Assembly: GCF_036588685.1 (NCBI RefSeq)
Contig: NC_086375.1
Span: 16,306,001 to 16,370,000 of the forward strand
Source of the DNA: Mytilus trossulus
Taxonomy: Eukaryota
DNA length: 64,000 bases
Direction of reading: 5' to 3'
Shown here: one piece after another, positions 22,629 to 35,861 of the stretch
How the letters are laid out: every line of letters begins with the position of its first letter
Position numbering within the stretch: position 1 is the stretch's first letter
Notes under the pieces: generated by a model
What the model saw: the letters and a program-made list of their open reading frames with translations, nothing else
Databases searched by the model: none
What the model was told of the DNA's origin: nothing
Translations under genes and position numbers: made by a program

Positions 22629-23776
22629 TAAAAATTCTATTTTAAACTGGCGTGGATGTGATGTGATAAAGATACCAAATAATGAAATGCAAGCCTTATA
22701 TAGTAAATCGCCCGATATGGCCTCTTCCATGTCTTGATGTTCAAGGGGAGACAAGTCTAAATAAATGCTTCCTTACATGATAAAATAGTACATTTTTGGA
22801 AATAGCTCCCCTTTTCATTAATGGTACCTACTCTTGCAAACGGTTAACATTTCTAAGGCATTTTTCTTATATGTTTACCGTTGCCATAAACTTTTCCATA
22901 GCTTGTGACTGCGATGTTTACCGTAACCATACAAATTCTATTAAAGGTTTACCGTAGCTCAACTAGTATAAGTATACTCTGCAGTTTACCGTTTCTTCGC
23001 ACGCTGAAGGTTTACCACAACAAACAACGATATTAAATCACTGTCTGAATGTTCAAGGGGATATTTGCTTCCAATTTATTCAATGAGTTTCGGATTAGAA
23101 ATGAATTCCACAGAAGACAAAAAAAAACTGTATGCTGATACGGTAAACTGGACTATAAAGTATAATACTGGGTCCTTTTATTTTGGTATTGCATCTTTCT
23201 TTACCGTACCCTCATACAATTAGTTTACCTAGAAATGTCTTTGCTCTGAGCAGATAATATCAGCAACGTCATAGTGTTTGAGGAGAAGTTATCAGCGACC
23301 GTCACAAGACGTTGTCAGGCCTACGTTTGTCAAGCGCAAACCAGTTCAAAAGAGGGGGCGAATAGTGAAAGAACGAATACGAGAGTATAGGTGTTCAGCC
23401 GCTCGACGCAAGGTGAAGCTCTCTGGCTCGCGGCTGATATGTTTCCGATATCAATAGACAGAAACTCTGAAATCATTACCTATCAATATCCTTATCTTGT
23501 TTCTCAAACATTTAATACAAAGAAACGGGAAACTGAAATGTTAAAGGATTGTTTGGTGATACGGTAAACTAGACTAAAAATAGTATTAATCACTTAGCAG
23601 TGTCTCATTGATAAAACAAGAGGTATAAGATGTGCCAATCCTTAAAGGAATGTAGACCAAACGTTAACATGTGTTTACCGTAACCGCATATCGTATTTGA
23701 TCACGGTTTACCGTAACAACAGCTCAGACAAAAAAAAAGGCATCCTTGAAATCACAACATATTCTTAATTATGTGT

Positions 23777-24514
23777 TTAAAACTGGCTCAAGGCAAGACG
23801 GACTGAGGTTGCATTAGCGCGTTTTTCAACAGAGGGTTCAAGCATAGAGGAGATGAGAGACTTTAACGTTTCGTTAGTGTTTTCTGGGAAAGAGAGGGTG
23901 TTGGAGATTTGAGATTGGACCATAGAGGTAGCGTCACTATCGGAGAATGGGAAAGCTCCGAAGAGCATGACGTAGAGCATAACTCCCATACTCCACATAT
24001 CGGCTTTCATGGCGTTGTGTTCCATTCCCATAATAACTTCTGGGGCAGCGTATGGGAGGGTTCCACAAAATTCTTCAGATTCGGCAACAATATCGGACGA
24101 CTTGGCAAATCCAAAGTCGGCCAATTTGACACAACCATTAGACAACAAGACGTTTTCTAATTTAATGTCATTGTGGGCGATTCCAATTGAGTGGCAGTAT
24201 ACGATTGCTTTGACAACCTGAGAGAAGAGAGAGAGGGTGGCTTCAACGGACATGAGACCGTTTTTCATTATGTATTCAAAGACATCTCCGAATTCAGCGA
24301 ATTCCATCAAAACGAAGGCAAATTCTTCGGCTTCGATGATTTCAATGGCTTCGACGATGTTTTCGTGTTTGAGGCTGAGAAAAGCTTCAAACTCAGTTGA
24401 GGTTTTGATGACTTTCTTTATTGCAACTTTACCGAATATTTCGCTAGAGGCAGAGAAAACTTCTTCAGTAAGAGCTACAACATTTGAGAGTCCACTGTTC
24501 ATTAAAAATTCCAT
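23777..24514 (-). CDS. TSSK-like kinase copy 12 (E143V; same as copy 5)
   Basis: Intact ORF, T274 type, hairpin arm deleted. Confidence 0.88.
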   Translation of the reverse strand: MEFLMNSGLSNVVALTEEVFSASSEIFGKVAIKKVIKTSTEFEAFLSLKHENIVEAIEIIEAEEFAFVLMEFAEFGDVFEYIMKNGLMSVEATLSLFSQVVKAIVYCHSIGIAHNDIKLENVLLSNGCVKLADFGFAKSSDIVAESEEFCGTLPYAAPEVIMGMEHNAMKADMWSMGVMLYVMLFGAFPFSDSDATSMVQSQISNTLSFPENTNETLKSLISSMLEPSVEKRANATSVRLALSQF

Positions 24515-25668
24515 TTTAAACTGGCGTGGATGTGATGTGATAAAGATACCAAATAGTGAAATGCAAGCCTTATATAGTAAATCGCCCGATATGGCCTCTT
24601 CCATGTCTTGATGTTCAAGGGGAGACAAGTCTAAATAAATGCTTCCTTACATGATTAAATAGTACATTTTTGGAAATAGCTCCCCTTTTCATTAATGGTA
24701 CCTACTCTTGCAAACGGTTAACATTTCTAAGCCATTTTTCTTATATGTTTACCGTTGCCATAAACTTTTCCATAGCTTGTGACTGCGATGTTTACCGTAA
24801 CCATACAAATTCTATTAAAGGTTTACCGTAGCTCAACTAGTATAAGTATACTCTGCAGTTTACCGTTTCTTCGCACGCTGAAGGTTTACCACAACAAACA
24901 ACGATATTAAATCACTGTCTGAATGTTCAAGGGGATATTTGCTTCCAATTTATTCAATGAGTTTCGGATTAGAAATGAATTCCACAGAAGACAAACAAAA
25001 AAACTGTATGCTGATACGGTAAACTGGACTATAAAGTATAATACTGGGTCCTTTTATTTTGGTATTGCATCTTTCTTTACCGTACCCTCATACAATTAGT
25101 TTACCTAGAAATGTCTTTGCTCTGAGCAGATAATATCAGCAACGTCATAGTGTTTGAGGAGAAGTTATCAGCGACCGTCACAAGACGTTGTCAGGCCTAC
25201 GTTTGTCAAGCGCAAACCAGTTCAAAAGAGGGGGCGAATAGTGAAAGAACGAATACGAGAGTATAGGTGTTCAGCCGCTCGACGCAAGGTGAAGCTCTCT
25301 GGCTCGCGGCTGATATGTTTCCGATATCAATAGACAGAAACTATGAAATCATTACCTATCAATATCCTTATCTTGTTTCTCAAACATTTAATACAAAGAA
25401 ACGGGAAACTGAAATGTTAAAGGATTGTTTGGTGATACGGTAAACTAGACTAAAAATAGTCTTAATCACTTAGCAGTGTCTCATTGATAAAACAAGAGGT
25501 ATAAGATGTGCCAATCCTTAAAGGAATGTAGACCAAACGTTAACATGTGTTTACCGTAACCGCATATCGTATTTGATCACGGTTTACCGTAACAACAGCT
25601 CAGACAAAAAAAAAAGGCATCCTTGAAATCACAACATATTGTGATTTCAAGGATGCTTAATTATGTGT

Positions 25669-26406
25669 TTAAAACTGGCTCAAGGCAAGACGGACTGAGC
25701 TTGCATTAGCGCGTTTTTCAACAGAGGGTTCAAGCATAGAGGAGATGAGAGACTTTAACGTTTCGTTAGTGTTTTCTGGGAAAGAGAGGGTGTTGGAGAT
25801 TTGAGATTGGACCATAGAGGTAGCGTCACTATCGGAGAATGGGAAAGCTCCGAAGAGCATGACGTAGAGCATAACTCCCATACTCCACATATCGGCTTTC
25901 ATGGCGTTGTGTTCCATTCCCATAATAACTTCTGGGGCAGCGTATGGGAGGGTTCCACAAAATTCTTCAGATTCGGCAACAATATCGGACGACTTGGCAA
26001 ATCCAAAGTCGGCCAATTTGACACAACCATTAGACAACAAGACGTTTTCTAATTTAATGTCATTGTGGGCGATTCCAATTGAGTGGCAGTATTCGATTGC
26101 TTTGACAACCTGAGAGAAGAGAGAGAGGGTGGCTTCAACGGACATGAGACCGTTTTTCATTATGTATTCAAAGACATCTCCGAATTCAGCGAATTCCATC
26201 AAAACGAAGGCAAATTCTTCGGCTTCGATGAATTCAATGGCTTCGACGATGTTTTCGTGTTTGAGGCTGAGAAAAGCTTCAAACTCAGTTGAGGTTTTGA
26301 TGACTTTCTTTATTGCAACTTTACCGAATATTTCGCTAGAGGCAGAGAAAACTTCTTCAGTAAGAGCTACAACATTTGAGAGTCCACTGTTCATTAAAAA
26401 TTCCAT
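25669..26406 (-). CDS. TSSK-like kinase copy 13 (I97F)
   Basis: Intact ORF. Confidence 0.9.
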   Translation of the reverse strand: MEFLMNSGLSNVVALTEEVFSASSEIFGKVAIKKVIKTSTEFEAFLSLKHENIVEAIEFIEAEEFAFVLMEFAEFGDVFEYIMKNGLMSVEATLSLFSQVVKAIEYCHSIGIAHNDIKLENVLLSNGCVKLADFGFAKSSDIVAESEEFCGTLPYAAPEVIMGMEHNAMKADMWSMGVMLYVMLFGAFPFSDSDATSMVQSQISNTLSFPENTNETLKSLISSMLEPSVEKRANASSVRLALSQF

Positions 26407-27559
26407 TTTAAACTGGCGTGGATGTGATGTGATAAAGATACCAAATAGTGAAATGCAAGCCTTATATAGTAAATCGCCCGATATGGCCTCTTCCATGTCT
26501 TGATGTTCAAGGGGAGACAAGTCTAAATAAATGCTTCCTTACATGATAAAATAGTACATTTTTGGAAATAGCTCCCCTTTTCATTAATGGTACCTACTCT
26601 TGCAAACGGTTAACATTTCTAAGGCATTTTTCTTATATGTTTACCGTTGCCATAAACTTTTCCATAGCTTGTGACTGCGATGTTTACCGTAACCATACAA
26701 ATTCTATTAAAGGTTTACCGTAGCTCAACTAGTATAAGTATACTCTGCAGTTTACCGTTTCTTCGCACGCTGAAGGTTTACCACAACAAACAACGATATT
26801 AAATCACTGTCTGAATGTTCAAGGGGATATTTGCTTCCAATTTATTCAATGAGTTTCGGATTAGAAATGAATTCCACAGAAGACAAAAAAAAAAACTGTA
26901 TGCTGATACGGTAAACTGGACTATAAAGTATAATACTGGGTCCTTTTATTTTGGTATTGCATCTTTCTTTACCGTACCCTCATACAATTAGTTTACCTAG
27001 AAATGTCTTTGCTCTGAGCAGATAATATCAGCAACGTCATAGTGTTTGAGGAGAAGTTATCAGCGACCGTCACAAGACGTTGTCAGGCCTACGTTTGTCA
27101 AGCGCAAACCAGTTCAAAAGAGGGGGCGAATAGTGAAAGAACGAATACGAGAGTATAGGTGTTCAGCCGCTCGACGCAAGGTGAAGCTCTCTGGCTCGCG
27201 GCTGATATGTTTCCGATATCAATAGACAGAAACTATGAAATCATTACCTATCAATATCCTTATCTTGTTTCTCAAACATTTAATACAAAGAAACGGGAAA
27301 CTGAAATGTTAAAGGATTGTTTGGTGATACGGTAAACTAGACTAAAAATAGTCTTAATCACTTAGCAGTGTCTCATTGATAAAACAAGAGGTATAAGATG
27401 TGCCAATCCTTAAAGGAATGTAGACCAAACGTTAACATGTGTTTACCGTAACCGCATATCGTATTTGATCACGGTTTACCGTAACAACAGCTCAGACAAA
27501 AAAAAAGGCATCCTTGAAATCACAACATATTGTGATTTCAAGGATGCTTAATTCTGTGT

Positions 27560-28297
27560 TTAAAACTGGCTCAAGGCAAGACGGACTGAGCTTGCATTAG
27601 CGCGTTTTTCAACAGAGGGTTCAAGCATAGAGGAGATGAGAGACTTTAACGTTTCGTTAGTGTTTTCTGGGAAAGAGAGGGTGTTGGAGATTTGAGATTG
27701 GACCATAGAGGTAGCGTCACTATCGGAGAATGGGAAAGCTCCGAAGAGCATGACGTAGAGCATAACTCCCATACTCCACATATCGGCTTTCATGGCGTTG
27801 TGTTCCATTCCCATAATAACTTCTGGGGCAGCGTATGGGAGGGTTCCACAAAATTCTTCAGATTCGGCAACAATATCGGACGACTTGGCAAATCCAAAGT
27901 CGGCCAATTTGACACAACCATTAGACAACAAGACGTTTTCTAATTTAATGTCATTGTGGGCGATTCCAATTGAGTGGCAGTATTCGATTGCTTTGACAAC
28001 CTGAGAGAAGAGAGAGAGGGTGGCTTCAACGGACATGAGACCGTTTTTCATTATGTATTCAAAGACATCTCCGAATTCAGCGAATTCCATCAAAACGAAG
28101 GCAAATTCTTCGGCTTCGATGATTTCAATGGCTTCGACGATGTTTTCGTGTTTGAGGCTGAGAAAAGCTTCAAACTCAGTTGAGGTTTTGATGACTTTCT
28201 TTATTGCAACTTTACCGAATATTTCGCTAGAGGCAGAGAAAACTTCTTCAGTAAGAGCTACAACATTTGAGAGTCCACTGTTCATTAAAAATTCCAT
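27560..28297 (-). CDS. TSSK-like kinase copy 14
   Basis: Intact ORF, consensus. Confidence 0.9.
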   Translation of the reverse strand: MEFLMNSGLSNVVALTEEVFSASSEIFGKVAIKKVIKTSTEFEAFLSLKHENIVEAIEIIEAEEFAFVLMEFAEFGDVFEYIMKNGLMSVEATLSLFSQVVKAIEYCHSIGIAHNDIKLENVLLSNGCVKLADFGFAKSSDIVAESEEFCGTLPYAAPEVIMGMEHNAMKADMWSMGVMLYVMLFGAFPFSDSDATSMVQSQISNTLSFPENTNETLKSLISSMLEPSVEKRANASSVRLALSQF

Positions 28298-29451
28298 TTT
28301 AAACTGGCGTGGATGTGATGTGATAAAGATACCAAATAGTGAAATGCAAGCCTTATATAGTAAATCGCCCGATATGGCCTCTTCCATGTCTTGATGTTCA
28401 AGGGGAGACAAGTCTAAATAAATGCTTCCTTACATGATAAAATAGTACATTTTTGGAAATAGCTCCCCTTTTCATTAATGGTACCTACTCTTGCAAACGG
28501 TTAACATTTCTAAGGCATTTTTCTTATATGTTTACCGTTGCCATAAACTTTTCCATAGCTTGTGACTGCGATGTTTACCGTAACCATACAAATTCTATTA
28601 AAGGTTTACCGTAGCTCAACTAGTATAAGTATACTCTGCAGTTTACCGTTTCTTCGCACGCTGAAGGTTTACCACAACAAACAACGATATTAAATCACTG
28701 TCTGAATGTTCAAGGGGATATTTGCTTCCAATTTATTCAATGAGTTTCGGATTAGAAATGAATTCCACAGAAGACAAACAAAAAAACTGTATGCTGATAC
28801 GGTAAACTGGACTATAAAGTATAATACTGGGTCCTTTTATTTTGGTATTGCATCTTTCTTTACCGTACCCTCATACAATTAGTTTACCTAGAAATGTCTT
28901 TGCTCTGAGCAGATAATATCAGCAACGTCATAGTGTTTGAGGAGAAGTTATCAGCGACCGTCACAAGACGTTGTCAGGCCTACGTTTGTCAAGCGCAAAC
29001 CAGTTCAAAAGAGGGGGCGAATAGTGAAAGAACGAATACGAGAGTATAGGTGTTCAGCCGCTCGACGCAAGGTGAAGCTCTCTGGCTCGCGGCTGATATG
29101 TTTCCGATATCAATAGACAGAAACTATGAAATCATTACCTATCAATATCCTTATCTTGTTTCTCAAACATTTAATACAAAGAAACGGGAAACTGAAATGT
29201 TAAAGGATTGTTTGGTGATACGGTAAACTAGACTAAAAATAGTCTTAATCACTTAGCAGTGTCTCATTGATAAAACAAGAGGTATAAGATGTGCCAATCC
29301 TTAAAGGAATGTAGACCAAACGTTAACATGTGTTTACCGTAACCGCATATCGTATTTGATCACGGTTTACCGTAACAACAGCTCAGACAAAAAAAAAAGG
29401 CATCCTTGAAATCACAACATATTGTGATTTCAAGGATGCTTAATTATGTGT

Positions 29452-30189
29452 TTAAAACTGGCTCAAGGCAAGACGGACTGAGCTTGCATTAGCGCGTTTT
29501 TCAACAGAGGGTTCAAGCATAGAGGAGATGAGAGACTTTAACGTTTCGTTAGTGTTTTCTGGGAAAGAGAGGGTGTTGGAGATTTGAGATTGGACCATAG
29601 AGGTAGCGTCACTATCGGAGAATGGGAAAGCTCCGAAGAGCATGACGTAGAGCATAACTCCCATACTCCACATATCGGCTTTCATGGCGTTGTGTTCCAT
29701 TCCCATAATAACTTCTGGGGCAGCGTATGGGAGGGTTCCACAAAATTCTTCAGATTCGGCAACAATATCGGACGACTTGGCAAATCCAAAGTCGGCCAAT
29801 TTGACACAACCATTAGACAACAAGACGTTTTCTAATTTAATGTCATTGTGGGCGATTCCAATTGAGTGGCAGTATTCGATTGCTTTGACAACCTGAGAGA
29901 AGAGAGAGAGGGTGGCTTCAACGGACATGAGACCGTTTTTCATTATGTATTCAAAGACATCTCCGAATTCAGCGAATTCCATCAAAACGAAGGCAAATTC
30001 TTCGGCTTCGATGAATTCAATGGCTTCGACGATGTTTTCGTGTTTGAGGCTGAGAAAAGCTTCAAACTCAGTTGAGGTTTTGATGACTTTCTTTATTGCA
30101 ACTTTACCGAATATTTCGCTAGAGGCAGAGAAAACTTCTTCAGTAAGAGCTACAACATTTGAGAGTCCACTGTTCATTAAAAATTCCAT
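29452..30189 (-). CDS. TSSK-like kinase copy 15 (I97F)
   Basis: Intact ORF. Confidence 0.9.
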   Translation of the reverse strand: MEFLMNSGLSNVVALTEEVFSASSEIFGKVAIKKVIKTSTEFEAFLSLKHENIVEAIEFIEAEEFAFVLMEFAEFGDVFEYIMKNGLMSVEATLSLFSQVVKAIEYCHSIGIAHNDIKLENVLLSNGCVKLADFGFAKSSDIVAESEEFCGTLPYAAPEVIMGMEHNAMKADMWSMGVMLYVMLFGAFPFSDSDATSMVQSQISNTLSFPENTNETLKSLISSMLEPSVEKRANASSVRLALSQF

Positions 30190-31342
30190 TTTAAACTGGC
30201 GTGGATGTGATGTGATAAAGATACCAAATAGTGAAATGCAAGCCTTATATAGTAAATCGCCCGATATGGCCTCTTCCATGTCTTGATGTTCAAGGGGAGA
30301 CAAGTCTAAATAAATGCTTCCTTACATGATAAAATAGTACATTTTTGGAAATAGCTCCCCTTTTCATTAATGGTACCTACTCTTGCAAACGGTTAACATT
30401 TCTAAGGCATTTTTCTTATATGTTTACCGTTGCCATAAACTTTTCCATAGCTTGTGACTGCGATGTTTACCGTAACCATACAAATTCTATTAAAGGTTTA
30501 CCGTAGCTCAACTAGTATAAGTATACTCTGCAGTTTACCGTTTCTTCGCACGCTGAAGGTTTACCACAACAAACAACGATATTAAATCACTGTCTGAATG
30601 TTCAAGGGGATATTTGCTTCCAATTTATTCAATGAGTTTCGGATTAGAAATGAATTCCACAGAAGACAAAAAAAAAAACTGTATGCTGATACGGTAAACT
30701 GGACTATAAAGTATAATACTGGGTCCTTTTATTTTGGTATTGCATCTTTCTTTACCGTACCCTCATACAATTAGTTTACCTAGAAATGTCTTTGCTCTGA
30801 GCAGATAATATCAGCAACGTCATAGTGTTTGAGGAGAAGTTATCAGCGACCGTCACAAGACGTTGTCAGGCCTACGTTTGTCAAGCGCAAACCAGTTCAA
30901 AAGAGGGGGCGAATAGTGAAAGAACGAATACGAGAGTATAGGTGTTCAGCCGCTCGACGCAAGGTGAAGCTCTCTGGCTCGCGGCTGATATGTTTCCGAT
31001 ATCAATAGACAGAAACTATGAAATCATTACCTATCAATATCCTTATCTTGTTTCTCAAACATTTAATACAAAGAAACGGGAAACTGAAATGTTAAAGGAT
31101 TGTTTGGTGATACGGTAAACTAGACTAAAAATAGTCTTAATCACTTAGCAGTGTCTCATTGATAAAACAAGAGGTATAAGATGTGCCAATCCTTAAAGGA
31201 ATGTAGACCAAACGTTAACATGTGTTTACCGTAACCGCATATCGTATTTGATCACGGTTTACCGTAACAACAGCTCAGACAAAAAAAAAGGCATCCTTGA
31301 AATCACAACATATTGTGATTTCAAGGATGCTTAATTCTGTGT

Positions 31343-32080
31343 TTAAAACTGGCTCAAGGCAAGACGGACTGAGCTTGCATTAGCGCGTTTTTCAACAGAG
31401 GGTTCAAGCATAGAGGAGATGAGAGACTTTAACGTTTCGTTAGTGTTTTCTGGGAAAGAGAGGGTGTTGGAGATTTGAGATTGGACCATAGAGGTAGCGT
31501 CACTATCGGAGAATGGGAAAGCTCCGAAGAGCATGACGTAGAGCATAACTCCCATACTCCACATATCGGCTTTCATGGCGTTGTGTTCCATTCCCATAAT
31601 AACTTCTGGGGCAGCGTATGGGAGGGTTCCACAAAATTCTTCAGATTCGGCAACAATATCGGACGACTTGGCAAATCCAAAGTCGGCCAATTTGACACAA
31701 CCATTAGACAACAAGACGTTTTCTAATTTAATGTCATTGTGGGCGATTCCAATTGAGTGGCAGTATTCGATTGCTTTGACAACCTGAGAGAAGAGAGAGA
31801 GGGTGGCTTCAACGGACATGAGACCGTTTTTCATTATGTATTCAAAGACATCTCCGAATTCAGCGAATTCCATCAAAACGAAGGCAAATTCTTCGGCTTC
31901 GATGATTTCAATGGCTTCGACGATGTTTTCGTGTTTGAGGCTGAGAAAAGCTTCAAACTCAGTTGAGGTTTTGATGACTTTCTTTATTGCAACTTTACCG
32001 AATATTTCGCTAGAGGCAGAGAAAACTTCTTCAGTAAGAGCTACAACATTTGAGAGTCCACTGTTCATTAAAAATTCCAT
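31343..32080 (-). CDS. TSSK-like kinase copy 16
   Basis: Intact ORF, consensus. Confidence 0.9.
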   Translation of the reverse strand: MEFLMNSGLSNVVALTEEVFSASSEIFGKVAIKKVIKTSTEFEAFLSLKHENIVEAIEIIEAEEFAFVLMEFAEFGDVFEYIMKNGLMSVEATLSLFSQVVKAIEYCHSIGIAHNDIKLENVLLSNGCVKLADFGFAKSSDIVAESEEFCGTLPYAAPEVIMGMEHNAMKADMWSMGVMLYVMLFGAFPFSDSDATSMVQSQISNTLSFPENTNETLKSLISSMLEPSVEKRANASSVRLALSQF

Positions 32081-33233
32081 TTTAAACTGGCGTGGATGTG
32101 ATGTGATAAAGATACCAAATAGTGAAATGCAAGCCTTATATAGTAAATCGCCCGATATGGCCTCTTCCATGTCTTGATGTTCAAGGGGAGACAAGTCTAA
32201 ATAAATGCTTCCTTACATGATAAAATAGTACATTTTTGGAAATAGCTCCCCTTTTCATTAATGGTACCTACTCTTGCAAACGGTTAACATTTCTAAGGCA
32301 TTTTTCTTATATGTTTACCGTTGCCATAAACTTTTCCATAGCTTGTGACTGCGATGTTTACCGTAACCATACAAATTCTATTAAAGGTTTACCGTAGCTC
32401 AACTAGTATAAGTATACTCTGCAGTTTACCGTTTCTTCGCACGCTGAAGGTTTACCACAACAAACAACGATATTAAATCACTGTCTGAATGTTCAAGGGG
32501 ATATTTGCTTCCAATTTATTCAATGAGTTTCGGATTAGAAATGAATTCCACAGAAGGCAAAAAAAAAACTGTATGCTGATACGGTAAACTGGACTATAAA
32601 GTATAATACTGGGTCCTTTTATTTTGGTATTGCATCTTTCTTTACCGTACCCTCATACAATTAGTTTACCTAGAAATGTCTTTGCTCTGAGCAGATAATA
32701 TCAGCAACGTCATAGTGTTTGAGGAGAAGTTATCAGCGACCGTCACAAGACGTTGTCAGGCCTACGTTTGTCAAGCGCAAACCAGTTCAAAAGAGGGGGC
32801 GAATAGTGAAAGAACGAATACGAGAGTATAGGTGTTCAGCCGCTCGACGCAAGGTGAAGCTCTCTGGCTCGCGGCTGATATGTTTCCGATATCAATAGAC
32901 AGAAACTATGAAATCATTACCTATCAATATCCTTATCTTGTTTCTCAAACATTTAATACAAAGAAACGGGAAACTGAAATGTTAAAGGATTGTTTGGTGA
33001 TACGGTAAACTAGACTAAAAATAGTCTTAATCACTTAGCAGTGTCTCATTGATAAAACAAGAGGTATAAGATGTGCCAATCCTTAAAGGAATGTAGACCA
33101 AACGTTAACATGTGTTTACCGTAACCGCATATCGTATTTGATCACGGTTTACCGTAACAACAGCTCAGACAAAAAAAAAAGGCATCCTTGAAATCACAAC
33201 ATATTGTGATTTCAAGGATGCTTAATTATGTGT

Positions 33234-33971
33234 TTAAAACTGGCTCAAGGCAAGACGGACTGAGCTTGCATTAGCGCGTTTTTCAACAGAGGGTTCAAGC
33301 ATAGAGGAGATGAGAGACTTTAACGTTTCGTTAGTGTTTTCTGGGAAAGAGAGGGTGTTGGAGATTTGAGATTGGACCATAGAGGTAGCGTCACTATCGG
33401 AGAATGGGAAAGCTCCGAAGAGCATGACGTAGAGCATAACTCCCATACTCCACATATCGGCTTTCATGGCGTTGTGTTCCATTCCCATAATAACTTCTGG
33501 GGCAGCGTATGGGAGGGTTCCACAAAATTCTTCAGATTCGGCAACAATATCGGACGACTTGGCAAATCCAAAGTCGGCCAATTTGACACAACCATTAGAC
33601 AACAAGACGTTTTCTAATTTAATGTCATTGTGGGCGATTCCAATTGAGTGGCAGTATTCGATTGCTTTGACAACCTGAGAGAAGAGAGAGAGGGTGGCTT
33701 CAACGGACATGAGACCGTTTATCATTATGTATTCAAAGACATCTCCGAATTCAGCGAATTCCATCAAAACGAAGGCAAATTCTTCGGCTTCGATGATTTC
33801 AATGGCTTCGACGATGTTTTCGTGTTTGAGGCTGAGAAAAGCTTCAAACTCAGTTGAGGTTTTGATGACTTTCTTTATTGCAACTTTACCGAATATTTCG
33901 CTAGAGGCAGAGAAAACTTCTTCAGTAAGAGCTACAACATTTGAGAGTCCACTGTTCATTAAAAATTCCAT
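33234..33971 (-). CDS. TSSK-like kinase copy 17 (K122I)
   Basis: Intact ORF. Confidence 0.9.
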   Translation of the reverse strand: MEFLMNSGLSNVVALTEEVFSASSEIFGKVAIKKVIKTSTEFEAFLSLKHENIVEAIEIIEAEEFAFVLMEFAEFGDVFEYIMINGLMSVEATLSLFSQVVKAIEYCHSIGIAHNDIKLENVLLSNGCVKLADFGFAKSSDIVAESEEFCGTLPYAAPEVIMGMEHNAMKADMWSMGVMLYVMLFGAFPFSDSDATSMVQSQISNTLSFPENTNETLKSLISSMLEPSVEKRANASSVRLALSQF

Positions 33972-35123
33972 TTTAAACTGGCGTGGATGTGATGTGATAA
34001 AGATACCAAATAGTGAAATGCAAGCCTTATATAGTAAATCGCCCGATATGGCCTCTTCCATGTCTTGATGTTCAAGGGGAGACAAGTCTAAATAAATGCT
34101 TCCTTACATGATAAAATAGTACATTTTTGGAAATAGCTCCCCTTTTCATTAATGGTACCTACTCTTGCAAACGGTTAACATTTCTAAGGCATTTTTCTTA
34201 TATGTTTACCGTTGCCATAAACTTTTCCATAGCTTGTGACTGCGATGTTTACCGTAACCATACAAATTCTATTAAAGGTTTACCGTAGCTCAACTAGTAT
34301 AAGTATACTCTGCAGTTTATCGTTTCTTCGCACGCTGAAGGTTTACCACAACAAACAACGATATTAAATCACTGTCTGAATGTTCAAGGGGATATTTGCT
34401 TCCAATTTATTCAATGAGTTTCGGATTAGAAATGAATTCCACAGAAGACAAAAAAAAAACTGTATGCTGATACGGTAAACTGGACTATAAAGTATAATAC
34501 TGGGTCCTTTTATTTTGGTATTGCATCTTTCTTTACCGTACCCTCATACAATTAGTTTACCTAGAAATGTCTTTGCTCTGAGCAGATAATATCAGCAACG
34601 TCATAGTGTTTGAGGAGAAGTTATCAGCGACCGTCACAAGACGTTGTCAGGCCTACGTTTGTCAAGCGCAAACCAGTTCAAAAGAGGGGGCGAATAGTGA
34701 AAGAACGAATACGAGAGTATAGGTGTTCAGCCGCTCGACGCAAGGTGAAGCTCTCTGGCTCGCGGCTGATATGTTTCCGATATCAATAGACAGAAACTAT
34801 GAAATCATTACCTATCAATATCCTTATCTTGTTTCTCAAACATTTAATACAAAGAAACGGGAAACTGAAATGTTAAAGGATTGTTTGGTGATACGGTAAA
34901 CTAGACTAAAAATAGTCTTAATCACTTAGCAGTGTCTCATTGATAAAACAAGAGGTATAAGATGTGCCAATCCTTAAAGGAATGTAGACCAAACGTTAAC
35001 ATGTGTTTACCGTAACCGCATATCGTATTTGATCACGGTTTACCGTAACAACAGCTCAGACAAAAAAAAAGGCATCCTTGAAATCACAACATATTGTGAT
35101 TTCAAGGATGCTTAATTATGTGT

Positions 35124-35861
35124 TTAAAACTGGCTCAAGGCAAGACGGACTGAGCTTGCATTAGCGCGTTTTTCAACAGAGGGTTCAAGCATAGAGGAGA
35201 TGAGAGACTTTAACGTTTCGTTAGTGTTTTCTGGGAAAGAGAGGGTGTTGGAGATTTGAGATTGGACCATAGAGGTAGCGTCACTATCGGAGAATGGGAA
35301 AGCTCCGAAGAGCATGACGTAGAGCATAACTCCCATACTCCACATATCGGCTTTCATGGCGTTGTGTTCCATTCCCATAATAACTTCTGGGGCAGCGTAT
35401 GGGAGGGTTCCACAAAATTCTTCAGATTCGGCAACAATATCGGACGACTTGGCAAATCCAAAGTCGGCCAATTTGACACAACCATTAGACAACAAGACGT
35501 TTTCTAATTTAATGTCATTGTGGGCGATTCCAATTGAGTGGCAGTATTCGATTGCTTTGACAACCTGAGAGAAGAGAGAGAGGGTGGCTTCAACGGACAT
35601 GAGACCGTTTTTCATTATGTATTCAAAGACATCTCCGAATTCAGCGAATTCCATCAAAACGAAGGCAAATTCTTCGGCTTCGATGATTTCAATGGCTTCG
35701 ACGATGTTTTCGTGTTTGAGGCTGAGAAAAGCTTCAAACTCAGTTGAGGTTTTGATGACTTTCTTTATTGCAACTTTACCGAATATTTCGCTAGAGGCAG
35801 AGAAAACTTCTTCAGTAAGAGCTACAACATTTGAGAGTCCACTGTTCATTAAAAATTCCAT
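35124..35861 (-). CDS. TSSK-like kinase copy 18
   Basis: Intact ORF, consensus. Confidence 0.9.
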   Translation of the reverse strand: MEFLMNSGLSNVVALTEEVFSASSEIFGKVAIKKVIKTSTEFEAFLSLKHENIVEAIEIIEAEEFAFVLMEFAEFGDVFEYIMKNGLMSVEATLSLFSQVVKAIEYCHSIGIAHNDIKLENVLLSNGCVKLADFGFAKSSDIVAESEEFCGTLPYAAPEVIMGMEHNAMKADMWSMGVMLYVMLFGAFPFSDSDATSMVQSQISNTLSFPENTNETLKSLISSMLEPSVEKRANASSVRLALSQF

